Part shown: one piece after another, positions 50,518 to 63,539 of the stretch
Numbering within the stretch: the stretch's first letter is position 1
Layout of the letters: the number at the start of each line of letters is the position of its first letter
Source of the DNA: an uncultured Alphaproteobacteria bacterium
Lineage (GTDB): Bacteria; Pseudomonadota; Alphaproteobacteria; UBA8366
Assembly (NCBI GenBank): GCA_963711215.1
Contig: CAVQDH010000012.1
Location: 7,316 to 71,315 of the forward strand
Length of the DNA: 64,000 nt
Direction: 5' to 3'
Translations under genes and position numbers: made by a program
Notes under the pieces: model-generated
The model's input: the letters and a program-made list of their open reading frames with translations, nothing else
Databases searched by the model: none
Told to the model about the DNA's origin: nothing

Positions 50518-51561
50518 TCACGCCTCTTTCAGAACGTCCGTATAGAGCTCCGCGGGATCGGGCTCCGGACTGTCCTGGGCGAACTCCGCCGCATCGGAAA
50601 CGATGTCCTTGACCTCTTTGTCGAGCTTCTTGAGCGCCTCGTCGTCCGTGACGCCCTCTTCCAGCATCACGGCGCGCAGCCGCTCGATCGGGTCGCGCTC
50701 CTGGCGCACCTTGCTGACTTCGTCGCGCGTCCGGTATTTCGCCGGGTCGGACATGGAATGGCCGCGGTAGCGGTAGGTCAGCATCTCGAGGATATACGGC
50801 CCCTTGCCGGCGCGGCAGTGGGCGACGGCTTCCTCGCCGGCCGCGTTGACGGCCAGCACGTCCATGCCGTCGACCTGCTTGCCGGGAATGCCGTAAGCCT
50901 GGCCGCGCACGTGCAGGTCGGGATTGGCGGAGGCCCGCTCGACGCTGGTCCCCATGCCGTATTTGTTGTTCTCGATCACGTAGATGACCGGAAGATGCCA
51001 GAGCGCCGCCATGTTGAAGGATTCGGCGACCTGGCCCTGGTTGATCGCGCCGTCGCCGAGATAGGTCAGGCAGACGCGGCCGTTGTCGTGATAGCGGTGG
51101 GCGAAGGCGATACCGGTGCCGATCGGCACCTGGGCGCCGACGATGCCGTGCCCGCCGTAGAAGTTCTTCTCGCGGGAGAACATGTGCATCGAGCCGCCCT
51201 TGCCCTTGGAATACCCCTTGGCGCGTCCGGTCAGCTCGGCCATCACGCCGCGCGGGTCCATGCCGGCGGCGATCATATGTCCGTGATCGCGATAGCTGGT
51301 GATCACGGCGTCGCCTTCCTCGATCGCGGCCTGCATGCCGACGACCACGGCTTCCTGGCCGATATAGAGGTGGCAGAAGCCGCCGATCAGCCCCATGCCG
51401 TAGAGCTGGCCCGCCTTCTCCTCGAACCGGCGGATCATCAGCATGTCGCGGTAAAAGTGGTGCATTTCATCGGGCGCCGCCGCGGGAGACGGCTTGCGCA
51501 TCCGCCCCTTTTTCGTGCGGCCCCGGGGGTCAGCCCTGCTTGCGTTCGCGCCAACGGCCAT
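50518..51561 (-). CDS. pdhA: Pyruvate dehydrogenase E1 alpha subunit
   Basis: Start taken at MAVGAN (51561, SD gggag). ThDP motif [31 protein letters not shown] and phosphorylation-loop-like [11 protein letters not shown]. The longer track ORF extends into the AT-rich upstream region. Confidence 0.9.
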   Translation of the reverse strand: MAVGANASRADPRGRTKKGRMRKPSPAAAPDEMHHFYRDMLMIRRFEEKAGQLYGMGLIGGFCHLYIGQEAVVVGMQAAIEEGDAVITSYRDHGHMIAAGMDPRGVMAELTGRAKGYSKGKGGSMHMFSREKNFYGGHGIVGAQVPIGTGIAFAHRYHDNGRVCLTYLGDGAINQGQVAESFNMAALWHLPVIYVIENNKYGMGTSVERASANPDLHVRGQAYGIPGKQVDGMDVLAVNAAGEEAVAHCRAGKGPYILEMLTYRYRGHSMSDPAKYRTRDEVSKVRQERDPIERLRAVMLEEGVTDDEALKKLDKEVKDIVSDAAEFAQDSPEPDPAELYTDVLKEA

Positions 51562-51683
51562 TGTCACTCCCTGAAATCGGTGTGCGTGGGGCGGTCGAGC
51601 CCACCGGGATTGTCGCATAGTTAATAGTAAAAGACCATGCGCAACGAAGTCTAATAAAGTCTTGTTAAAAAATGATAAAGTCG

Positions 51684-51708
51684 ATATTAACTCGATTTTT
51701 GTTAATAT
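51684..51708. promoter_or_regulatory. Perfect 8-bp inverted repeat ATATTAAC-N9-GTTAATAT in the AT-rich pdhA upstream region
   Basis: Read directly from the sequence. It lies about 125-145 nt upstream of the pdhA start. I cannot name the binding protein. Confidence 0.45.
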
Positions 51709-51835
51709 CGCCCGAAACGATCTTGAATAAAATGGTCGCCCCGGGCCGAGGCTGTTGAAATTATATTGCGCCCGGAAAAGGCACGGCAAGGGCCGCGCCC
51801 GTCGGCGCAGCGCGGAAAAGCCCCAAAAGTAAGGG

Positions 51836-52156
51836 TTATCGGGTCGGCGTTTCCTGAATCAGGATATCGTCTTCGTCGACGTAGTTGAGCACCGCGCGGA
51901 CGCGCTCTTCCAGCAGGTTGAGGTCGAGACTCTCGCGCTGCAGCAGCCGGACGTCGGACGCCATCGCTTCGCGCTGGGACCGCGCCTCGGCGAGCTTGAT
52001 CTGCGCGTCGCGCACCTGCTCGGAGAGATCGGCATAGGCGAGCACGCCGCGGTCGCCGAACACCGCGTGAAAGGCGAAGTAGCCGGATATCACGGCGGCG
52101 AAAATCGGCACCACGATTTGCCGGCCACGCTTCTTTGCTTCACGAATCAGTATCAT
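51836..52156 (-). CDS. ftsB: Cell division protein FtsB (septum formation initiator family)
   Basis: 106 aa with an N-terminal TM segment (IVVPIFAAVISGYFAFHAVF) followed by a coiled coil. It has the conserved position between eno and pdhA. Confidence 0.8.
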   Translation of the reverse strand: MILIREAKKRGRQIVVPIFAAVISGYFAFHAVFGDRGVLAYADLSEQVRDAQIKLAEARSQREAMASDVRLLQRESLDLNLLEERVRAVLNYVDEDDILIQETPTR

Positions 52157-52260
52157 AGGGGAATCGAATCACAACGGCCGAACTCGGGGCAATGGGAAAA
52201 ATTTGCCGGGCCTGCGCGGCGGATACAGCAAGGCGCGATGGGAGACCAAAGGCCGAGAGC

Positions 52261-52396
52261 GCTCATGCTTCGACAAGCTCTGCATGAGGATTTTGACATA
52301 GGATCAAAACACATGCCCTCATCCTGAGCTTGTCGAAGGACGAGCAAGCGCCGGCCGTCCCGAAGCGCTCATGCTTCGACAGGCTCAGCATGAGGC
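52261..52396. repeat. Family-1 palindromic element, copy E, plus an extra solo arm (1.5 copies)
   Basis: gctcatgcttcgacaagctctgcatgagg ... ccctcatcctgagcttgtcgaaggacgagc, then a solo arm gctcatgcttcgacaggctcagcatgaggc at 52367..52396. Confidence 0.8.
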
Positions 52397-52424
52397 CCGA
52401 TATAATGGTCGACGAAAGCGCGCC

Positions 52425-53759
<1,335 letters not shown>

Positions 53760-53796
53760 TCAAGCGTTCAGGCGACGGCGCGATAGGCGACCTGCG

Positions 53797-53886
53797 CATG
53801 GACTTGCGGAACAAGTCCGCGAGTGACGTTTCTTGATATTATTCAATTGATTACGTCATTGCCGGACTTGTTCCGGCAATCCATCG
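53797..53886 (+). repeat. Family-2-related half modules facing each other across a 25-nt AT-rich core
   Basis: catggacttgcggaacaagtccgcgagtgacg | tttcttgatattattcaattgatta | cgtcattgccggacttgttccggcaatccatcg. Confidence 0.6.
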
Positions 53887-53918
53887 TTACGTAGGTGAAG
53901 AACGCGAAACGCGGCGTT

Positions 53919-54761
53919 CAGAGCACGATCGGCTTCGCCTTCGCGATCCGGTCGATCTCCAGCAGGGTCTCGACCAGCGCCGGAGACATCCTCGAGGCGG
54001 ACCATGTTGGGGCCGTCCGACGGCGCATTGTCCGGGTCCTCGTGCGTCTCCATGAAGACCGCGGCGACCCCGACCGCCACCGCCGCGCGCGCCAGCACCG
54101 GCACGAAACGGCGGTCGCCGCTCGAGCGATCCCCCGCCCCGCCCGGCTGCATCACCGAATGGGTCGCGTCGAAGACGACCGGATAGCCGGTCTGCGCCAT
54201 GATCGGCAGCGAGCGCATGTCGGAAACCAGGTTATTGTAGCCGAAGCTGACGCCGCGCTCGCAGAGCAGGATGTTGCGGTTGCCCACGCCTTCGAGCTTG
54301 CCGACGACATTCTTCATGTCCTGCGGCGCCAGGAACTGCCCCTTCTTCACGTGCACCGGCTTGCCGGTTCGTCCCGCCGCCTCGATCAGGTCGGTCTGGC
54401 GGCAGAGAAAGGCCGGCGTCTGCAGGACGTCGACGTATTCCGCGACGATGGCGCAATCCTCCGGCAGATGCACGTCGGTGATGACGGGGCAGCCCATCGT
54501 CTCGCGCACCTCGCGGAAGACCGCCGCCGCGGTCTGCAGCCCGACCCCGCGCGGCGTCTTGCCGGAGGAGCGGTTCGCCTTGTCGTAGGAGGTCTTGTAG
54601 ATGAAGTTGACGCCGAAGCCGCCGAAGATCTCCTTCAGCGCGCCGCTCATGTCGAGCGCGTGCTGGCGGCTCTCCATCTGGCACGGCCCGGCGATGAAGG
54701 TAAGCGGCAGGTCGTTGGCGACCTCGAAGCCGCCGATCTTGACGCGATGCGCTTGGCCCAT
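53919..54761 (-). pseudogene. kdsA: 3-deoxy-8-phosphooctulonate synthase (KDO8P synthase); frame break ~53986
   Basis: [31 protein letters not shown]...[11 protein letters not shown]...[15 protein letters not shown]...DATHSVQ-like [11 protein letters not shown]. The true C-terminus [21 protein letters not shown]-stop is one frame over. The track ORF 53856..55169 has spurious extensions at both ends. Confidence 0.9.
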
Positions 54762-54790
54762 GGGCCGTTTCCTTACTACACCAGCCCGGA

Positions 54791-56515
<1,725 letters not shown>

Positions 56516-56833
56516 CTATTGCGACAGCGGTACGCTCGGCTTCGCAGGAGCTTCCGGCTTGGTCGGTGCGGTGGGTCCGGCAGGCGTCTGGAGAATGGAA
56601 CGCGGTTCCGATCGGTGGCCGGAGATAACGGCCAGCGTGAGGCTCGTCATGAAGAAGCCCGCCGCCAGTATGCCGGTCACCCGGGTCAGGAAATTGGCCG
56701 TGCCGCGGACGCTCATGAGGCCCCCGCCGCCGCCGCCAATACCAAGCCCGCCGCCCTCGCTGCGCTGCAGCAGCACGACGCCGACCAGCGAAACTGCCAA
56801 GATCAAATGAATTACGAGGACGACCGTTTCCAC
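56516..56833 (-). CDS. secG: Preprotein translocase subunit SecG
   Basis: 105 aa with a GTG start, two TM segments and a Gly-rich loop: LLQRSEGGGLGIGGGGGG. Confidence 0.88.
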   Translation of the reverse strand: METVVLVIHLILAVSLVGVVLLQRSEGGGLGIGGGGGGLMSVRGTANFLTRVTGILAAGFFMTSLTLAVISGHRSEPRSILQTPAGPTAPTKPEAPAKPSVPLSQ

Positions 56834-56951
56834 GTCTTACGCCTGAATTCTTACGCCTGATATATGCCGAACACCCCGGACCGGCCCGAGACCTCGTCTC
56901 CGGCAACAGCGTCCGCCGCCCGAAGTATTTAGTGGTTAAACGCCGGGATGG

Positions 56952-57704
56952 CTAGGGACAACTTTTCCCGATGGCGAGAAAATCCTCCGCCACCAGGCTG
57001 GCCCCGCCGACCAGGGCGCCGTCGACGTCTTGAAGGGCCAGTATTTCTGCCGCATTACCGGGCTTGACCGAGCCCCCGTAGAGCAGCCGCACGGCGTCCG
57101 CCTGGGCGGCCCCGAGACAGGCCGCGACGGCCGCCCGGATATGGGCGTGCACCTCCTGAATTTGCGCCGGAGTCGGGGTGCGGCCGCTACCGATCGCCCA
57201 GACCGGCTCGTAGGCGACGACGGTGTTCGCCGCGGTCGCGCCGGCCGGCAGCGATCCCCTGACCTGGCGGCCCACCACGTCGAGCGTGCGGCCCGAATCC
57301 CGCTCCGCCTCGCTCTCGCCGACGCAGACGATGGCGGTCAGGCCGGCGGCCTGCGCCGCGAGCGCCTTGGCGTTGACCGCGGCGTCATCCTCGCCGTGAT
57401 CGCTGCGCCGCTCGGAATGGCCGACGATGACATGGCTGCAGCCGATGTCGGCCAGCATCGCCGCGCTGATATCGCCGGTATGCGCGCCCTTGGCCTTGGC
57501 GTGGCAGTCCTGCCCGCCGAGCCCGACCCGGCTGCCCGCCAGGGCCGCGGCGACCGGCGCCAGCAGCGTCGCGGGCGGACAGACGACGAAGCCGCACGCG
57601 AGCCCGCCCGCGCCCTTGGCCACGGCCTCGGCCAGCGCGACGCCGTCTGCGCGCAGACCGTTCATTTTCCAGTTTCCGGCGATCAGCGGTTGTCGTGCTG
57701 CCAT
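56952..57704 (-). CDS. tpiA: Triose-phosphate isomerase
   Basis: Start taken at [16 protein letters not shown] (57704). Motifs: [23 protein letters not shown]. Confidence 0.93.
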   Translation of the reverse strand: MAARQPLIAGNWKMNGLRADGVALAEAVAKGAGGLACGFVVCPPATLLAPVAAALAGSRVGLGGQDCHAKAKGAHTGDISAAMLADIGCSHVIVGHSERRSDHGEDDAAVNAKALAAQAAGLTAIVCVGESEAERDSGRTLDVVGRQVRGSLPAGATAANTVVAYEPVWAIGSGRTPTPAQIQEVHAHIRAAVAACLGAAQADAVRLLYGGSVKPGNAAEILALQDVDGALVGGASLVAEDFLAIGKSCP

Positions 57705-57908
57705 GATCTCATCACTCCCGGGGCTGCGGCGATCGTTGCGGTAAATAGCATGCGGCCGGCGGCGCGCGCCACCGCCTGGGCGGGGCAAGGAACGGCGCAT
57801 TCGCCGTAACATTTCCGGCGAATTGCTTATTGCCGGGGCCCGGAGCCGCTTCTATCATGCGCCCGCCCGCGCCGGAACCGCCCGTCGCGCAAGAAACGCC
57901 CGGGAAAC

Positions 57909-59789
57909 ATGCTTCAGACACTCAGAAAATCGGCCGGCTCTTTCGTCATCAAGATTCTGTTCGCGCTGCTCGTCCTGAGCTTCGCGATCTGGGGCATCGG
58001 CAACACGTTCTTCATGAAAAGAAGCAGCAACACGGTCGCCGAGATCGGCGGGAGCGAAATCACCGTGCATGCGCTCGACACCGCCTTCCGCAACGAATTG
58101 GAGCGTCTGCACCGGTTCAACATCGACGCGCAGCAGGCGCGCCAGCTGGGCGTGCTCGACCAGGTGCTGGAACGGCTGATTGCCGGGACGGTCTACGACG
58201 AGGCCGCGCGGAAGATGGGCATGACGGTGAGCACCGCGGTCATCCAGGAGCGCATCCGCAGCCAGTTCGGCAAGAACATCACCCCCGAGCAGTTCCAGAT
58301 GATCCTGCGCAACAACGGGCTGACGGAGGCGCAGTTCGTCTCGGAGATGCGCACCGAGATCCGGCGCGCCGAATATCTCGGGACGCTGACCGACGGCCTC
58401 AATCCGCCGAAGCCCCTGGTCGACCATCTCTATGACTGGCGCAACCAGAAGCGCAGCGCCGATATCGTCACTATCCCGGTGGATCAGTCGACCCCCGTCC
58501 CGGCGCCGACCGACAAGCAGATCGAGGCCTACTACAAGGGCCATGCCGCCGACTACACCGCGCCGGAATACCGGGCGGTGAGCTACATCTACCTGGACCC
58601 GAAAGCGGTCGCCAAGAAGATCACCGTTACCGACGAGAAGCTGCGCGAAGTCTACAAGGACAAGCTGCCGCGGCTCGCCATTCCGGAAAAGCGCACGGTG
58701 CTGCAGATGCTGGTGCCGGACCGCGCCGCCGCCGACAAGGCGATCGACCGCATCCACAAGGGCGAGGACTTCATCACCGTGGCGAAGGACGTCGCCAAGC
58801 AGGACGAGAGCGCGACCCGTCTCGGCACCGTCACCAAGGCCGACCTGCCGAAGGAGATCGCCGACGCGGTCTTCGCGCTCGCCAAGGACAAGGTATCGGA
58901 GCCCGTCAAGGGCCCCTTCGGCCTGCAGATCCTCGAGGTGACTGCCATCCAGCCGGGCAAGACGCCGAGCTTCGAGGAGGCGCGCCCCGAGATCGCGCAG
59001 GAAGCGGCGAACGAGCAGGCGATCGATTCGATCCTGTCGACGACCAACAAGCTGGAGGAGACGCTGGGCGCCGGCGCGAGCCTGCCCGACACCGCCAAGG
59101 ACCTCGGCCTCGATTACCTGAAGATCGCCGCGGTCGACAACGAAGGCCAGGGTCCGGACGACAAGCAGGTCGCCGCGCTGCCGCCCGCCCCCTTCCTCAA
59201 GACCGCCTTCGAGACCAAGGAGGGCGACGTCTCCCTGCTCACGGAGACCAACGACCACGGATTCTTCGTGCTGCGCGTCGACAGCGTCCGCAAGCCTGCG
59301 CTCAAGCCGCTCGAGACCGTGCGCGCCGAAGTGACCGACGACTGGAAATCGGAGCAGCGCTGGAAAGCCGCGCGGGAGAAGGCGCAGAAGCTCGTGAAAG
59401 AGCTGAACAGCGGCGGAAAGCTGCCTGAAATCGCGAAGAAAATGGATCTCAACGTGCACGAGACCGCCGGCTTCACGCGCGAAGGCGAAGGCGCGTCGGC
59501 CAATATGCCGACCAGCCTGATCGCCGATCTCTTCGCCGGCAAGGCGGTCGGCCACGCGGCGCTCGGCGACGGCGTCGGCGGCGTGAACGTGGCGCAGCTC
59601 ACCGCCATCACCGCGGCCGAGCCCGACAAGGACAAGAAGGGCGTCGAGACGCTGACGCGGTCGCTCCGCACCGGCATGGCCAACGACATCGCCAACCAGC
59701 TGGTCCAGGCGCTCCGCGAGCGCTTCGGCGTGACCGTCAACGAGGACACAATCCGAGCGAATTTCTACCGCGATGCCGGCAACACCTGA
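57909..59789 (+). CDS. Periplasmic chaperone / peptidylprolyl isomerase (PpiD-like, SurA N-terminal domain)
   Basis: Intact 626 aa with an N-terminal TM anchor (FVIKILFALLVLSFAIWGI) and a parvulin-like central region (VSEPVKGPFGLQILEV). Confidence 0.8.
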   Translation: MLQTLRKSAGSFVIKILFALLVLSFAIWGIGNTFFMKRSSNTVAEIGGSEITVHALDTAFRNELERLHRFNIDAQQARQLGVLDQVLERLIAGTVYDEAARKMGMTVSTAVIQERIRSQFGKNITPEQFQMILRNNGLTEAQFVSEMRTEIRRAEYLGTLTDGLNPPKPLVDHLYDWRNQKRSADIVTIPVDQSTPVPAPTDKQIEAYYKGHAADYTAPEYRAVSYIYLDPKAVAKKITVTDEKLREVYKDKLPRLAIPEKRTVLQMLVPDRAAADKAIDRIHKGEDFITVAKDVAKQDESATRLGTVTKADLPKEIADAVFALAKDKVSEPVKGPFGLQILEVTAIQPGKTPSFEEARPEIAQEAANEQAIDSILSTTNKLEETLGAGASLPDTAKDLGLDYLKIAAVDNEGQGPDDKQVAALPPAPFLKTAFETKEGDVSLLTETNDHGFFVLRVDSVRKPALKPLETVRAEVTDDWKSEQRWKAAREKAQKLVKELNSGGKLPEIAKKMDLNVHETAGFTREGEGASANMPTSLIADLFAGKAVGHAALGDGVGGVNVAQLTAITAAEPDKDKKGVETLTRSLRTGMANDIANQLVQALRERFGVTVNEDTIRANFYRDAGNT

Positions 59790-61294
59790 GTACGACAGCT
59801 TCGCCGCCCGCTATGCGGCAGGCGTGCCGCAGGTCGTCTCGACGCGCCTCGTCGCCGACCTGGAGACGCCGGTATCGGCCATGCTCAAGCTCGCCCAGGA
59901 CCGGCCGCACAGCTTTCTGCTCGAATCCGTCGAGGGCGGCGCTACCCGCGGCCGCTATTCCTTCATCGGCTTCAATCCCGACCTGATCTGGCGCTGCCAG
60001 GACACGCGCGCGGAGATCAACCGCGACCCGGCCGCCGATCCCGCGGCCTTCGAGCCCTGCGCCGAGCCGCCGCTGGAGTCCCTGCGCGCGCTGCTCCAGG
60101 AGTTCGGCGATCGAGCTGCCCAAGGGCATGCCGCCGATGGCGGCCGGCCTCGTCGGCTACATGAGCTACGACATGGTCCGGCTCATGGAGGCGCTGCCCG
60201 ACAAGAACCCGGAGGTGATCGGCCTGCCGTCGGGCCTGTTCATCCGGCCGACCGTGATCGCCGTCTTCGACACCATCGAGGACATGGTCACCATCGTCAC
60301 GCCGGTGCGCCCGCGGCCCGGCACGGACGCCCGCACCGCCTACGATCAGGCCTTCGCCCGGCTCGGCGCGGTGGTGCGCGACTTCGACGGCGCGCTCCAG
60401 CATCGCGCGGACGGCGCGCCGGCGGGCCGCCCGCCCGTGCCGGTCTCGAACATGAGCCGCGAGCAGTTTCACGCGATGGTGCAGCGGGTGAAGGATTACA
60501 TCCTCGCCGGCGACGCCTTCCAGGTGGTCGTGAGCCAGCGCTTTGCGATCCCCTTCGACCTGCCGCCTTTTTCGCTCTACCGGGCGCTGCGGCGGCTCAA
60601 CCCCTCGCCCTTCCTGTTCTTCCTCAACTTCGGGGATTTCGCGATCGTCGGCTCGAGCCCGGAGATCCTGGTGCGGCTGCGCGGCGACACCGTCACCATC
60701 CGGCCGATCGCCGGCACCCGCCCGCGCGGCAAGACGCCGGAGGAAGACCGCAAGAACGCCGAAGAGCTGCTCGCCGACCCCAAGGAGCGCGCCGAGCACC
60801 TGATGCTGCTCGACCTCGGGCGCAACGACGTGGGCCGGGTCAGCCAGGTGGGAACGATCCGGGTCACCGAGCAGTTCATCATCGAATACTACAGCCACGT
60901 CATGCACATCGTCTCCAACGTCACCGGCAAGATCCGCCCCGATTACGACGCGCTGTCGGCGCTGATCGCCGGCTTCCCGGCCGGCACCGTCTCCGGCGCG
61001 CCCAAGGTGCGGGCGATGGAGATCATCGACGAGCTGGAGCCCGAGCGCCGCGGCGTCTATGCCGGCTGCATCGGCTATTTCGGCGCCAGCGGCGACATGG
61101 ACACCTGCATCGCGCTGCGCACCGCGGTGGTCAAGGACGGCGTGGTCTATGTCCAGGCAGGCGGCGGCGTGGTCGCCGATTCCGATCCCGAGAGCGAGTA
61201 CCAGGAAAGCTGGAACAAGGCCCGCGCTCTGATGCGCGCCGCCGAGGAAGCCGTCCGCTACGCGACGAAATCCGGCAACGAGCCTGGGGTTTAG
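59773..61294 (+). pseudogene. trpE: Anthranilate synthase component I; frame break ~60107
   Basis: The N-terminal part MPATPEYDSFAARYAAGVPQVVSTRLVADLETPVSAMLKL lies in ORF 59773..61401. From IELPKGMPPMAAGLVGYMSYDMV onward the protein lies in ORF 60128..61294 (LLDLGRNDVGRV, GTVSGAPKVRAMEII, GGVVADSDP). Confidence 0.9.
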
Positions 61295-61340
61295 CCGGGC
61301 GCCTTTCTGGGGCCGCGTCTCCGTTTGGCAAGGACCTGCG

Positions 61341-61428
61341 CGCATGGATGCCACGGACAAGCCGTGGCATGACGGCTAAATATCTATACTCAAATACATA
61401 ATCGTCACTCCCCGGACTTGATCCGCCT
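61341..61428 (+). repeat. Second locus with hairpin half modules around an AT-rich core (family-2-related)
   Basis: cgcatggatgccacggacaagccgtggcatgacgg | ctaaatatctatactcaaatacataat | cgtcactccccggacttgatccgcc. Confidence 0.5.
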
Positions 61429-61526
61429 GCGCAGCCATAGCGCGCGGCGCGGCACATGCTCGCCGAATGTACAGATTGGGCGACGCGGTCGGCCGACCTG
61501 GTCCGTAAAGGTCGGCCGCACGCCCC

Positions 61527-63296
61527 CTACCCCGACTTCATCTCCCGCCGGACGATGTAGCTGATCGGCACGAAGGAGATGCCGCGCGCCTTCGCTTCGG
61601 GGATCCAGGTCGCCAGGATCTCGCGCGAGAGATCGTGCGGATGGGCGATGCCAACGGCGAAGCCGCGGCGCCGGGCGATGCGCTCCAGCTCCTGCAGGCT
61701 GTGCTCGATGGCGGGACGGCTGATGATGTGGTCGATGAAGATGTCGCGCGCCGCGCTCGGCAGCCGGTCCGCGCGCGCCAGATGGAAGCCCACGGACTGG
61801 TTGCTCGTGAAGGAATCGACGAACAGCAGGCCGCGCGCCTGCACCTCCTTCATCACCATTTCCATGCCGGGCTTCCAGGCGGTGAACTTGCTGCCCATGT
61901 GGTTGTTGAGGCCGACATAGCCGTCGAAGCGGCTGAAATCCCAATCCAGGCGGCGGCGGTTCTCCGCGATCGAGAGCGTCGTCCTGAGCGCGTTGGGACC
62001 GGGGTCCACCTCCGGGTCCAGCGGCTCCATCGGCACGTGCACCAATATCTCGTTCCCCGCAGCGTGCGCGGCGGCGGTCAGCGCGTGCAGGTGATAGCCA
62101 TAGGGAATGAACGAGAAGGTCAGCGGCGCCGGCAGCCCGATGGCCAGCTTCGAGCGCTTCTGATCGATCCCCATGTCGTCGATGATGATCGCGATCGCGA
62201 CGGTGCGCGGCACGTCCGGCAGCTTGACCGCGTTGCGTATCCAGGTGGCGTCGTCATGCAGCATGGGAAGCGACGCGAGCTGGAGCTTCTTCTCGCCGGA
62301 AGGCGGCGCTTGCACGACCGGGCGGTCCGGCGTCTGCGCGCCTTCAGCGGGAGAATGGACTTCCGGGTCGGCCAGCGCGGACGGCATGAGCGCGAGTTGC
62401 TGCCCGACCGCGGGTGCAGGCGGCGCGGCGCTGTCGCCGATCGGCGCCGCGTCCGTGTGGCTCTCGGCCGGCGCGGCGGATGTCGCCGCCGGATCGGGCA
62501 CCGGCGCTGTCGACGGCTCGACCGCTGCGGTCTCGGCTGCACGGCTTAGGGTTAAGCGGGGCTTGGGCGCGGGCGTCGGGACGATGTCCGCAAGCGGCAC
62601 CTGAACGCGCGTCTGCGTTTCGGTCGCGGCCTGCAGCGGTAATTGCACCAATGGCTCGGTCGCGGGCGGCGGCGCTGCCTTTTCGCCCGCCTGCGGCATC
62701 GCGGCCGGCACGGCGGCGACCGGCGACGGCGGCGCGGGTTGCGGCGTCGGCTGGGCTCGGGCTCGGGCGTGGATTGCGAGGCGGATTGGGCCGTGGGTTG
62801 GGGTGTGGCGGCGGCCGGCGCTTCCTTGGCGCGCGTCGCGGCGGCGTCTCGGCAGACGTCGCGGCGGACGGCCCGGCGGATGCAGCGGCGCGTGGTCGGC
62901 CGGCGCCGGGGCCGGCTTCGGCGCAGGCTGCGGCGCTTCGGCAACGGGCGGCGGCGATTTTCCGCCTTCCTCGCGCACCCGGACGGGAACGGCATAGGAC
63001 GCACGCTCGACAGGTTTCGGCCGCGCCGTTCCCGCCTGGCCCGCGGCGGCGGCGATCATCGTGCCGCTGTCCGGACTTTGCGATCCGATCAGCGCGGCGA
63101 CGCCGACGCCGAGCACGACGCCACAGGCGAAAGCGGCGGCAAGCGCCAGCGTGATCCGGCCGACCGGCTGCGTCTTGAGCAGGATCATGGCCTGACGCCA
63201 GCGGCGGGCGGACAGCGGCTGCAGCCAGCGCGCAACGAACCCCGCGCTGACTATGCGCCCGCGCTCTCGCAGATGGTCGACAAGTCGATTAGCCAT
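61527..63296 (-). CDS. Divergent polysaccharide deacetylase family protein (YibQ-like) with N-terminal TM anchor and a long Pro/Ala-rich linker
   Basis: 589-aa ORF. The C-terminal 230 aa is YibQ-like: VAIAIIIDDMG, LTFSFIPYG, EILVHVPMEP, NNHMGSKFT, FVDSFTS, GIAHPH. An Arg-rich patch (nt ~62750..62880) may hide a compensated frameshift pair. Confidence 0.75.
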   Translation of the reverse strand: MANRLVDHLRERGRIVSAGFVARWLQPLSARRWRQAMILLKTQPVGRITLALAAAFACGVVLGVGVAALIGSQSPDSGTMIAAAAGQAGTARPKPVERASYAVPVRVREEGGKSPPPVAEAPQPAPKPAPAPADHAPLHPPGRPPRRLPRRRRDARQGSAGRRHTPTHGPIRLAIHARARAQPTPQPAPPSPVAAVPAAMPQAGEKAAPPPATEPLVQLPLQAATETQTRVQVPLADIVPTPAPKPRLTLSRAAETAAVEPSTAPVPDPAATSAAPAESHTDAAPIGDSAAPPAPAVGQQLALMPSALADPEVHSPAEGAQTPDRPVVQAPPSGEKKLQLASLPMLHDDATWIRNAVKLPDVPRTVAIAIIIDDMGIDQKRSKLAIGLPAPLTFSFIPYGYHLHALTAAAHAAGNEILVHVPMEPLDPEVDPGPNALRTTLSIAENRRRLDWDFSRFDGYVGLNNHMGSKFTAWKPGMEMVMKEVQARGLLFVDSFTSNQSVGFHLARADRLPSAARDIFIDHIISRPAIEHSLQELERIARRRGFAVGIAHPHDLSREILATWIPEAKARGISFVPISYIVRREMKSG

Positions 63297-63539
63297 GAAA
63301 TGCTGTCGGCAACGAAGCCCCTGTTAACTATATAGGCCAATATCGGCCCCGGCGCCATCGTTCCGGTGCCGTTCCGCATATTCTTCCCGCCCTTCCGGAC
63401 GAACCATAGATGGCGGAGAAATCTAAACGTTCCCTGAACGCACGCCTTTCTTTCGCCGGCCCGATCGGCTACCGGCGCTGGACCGGGGCCCACATATCGC
63501 GCTATTTCCTGAAAAACAGCCGCTGGGAGCGAAGGTTGC

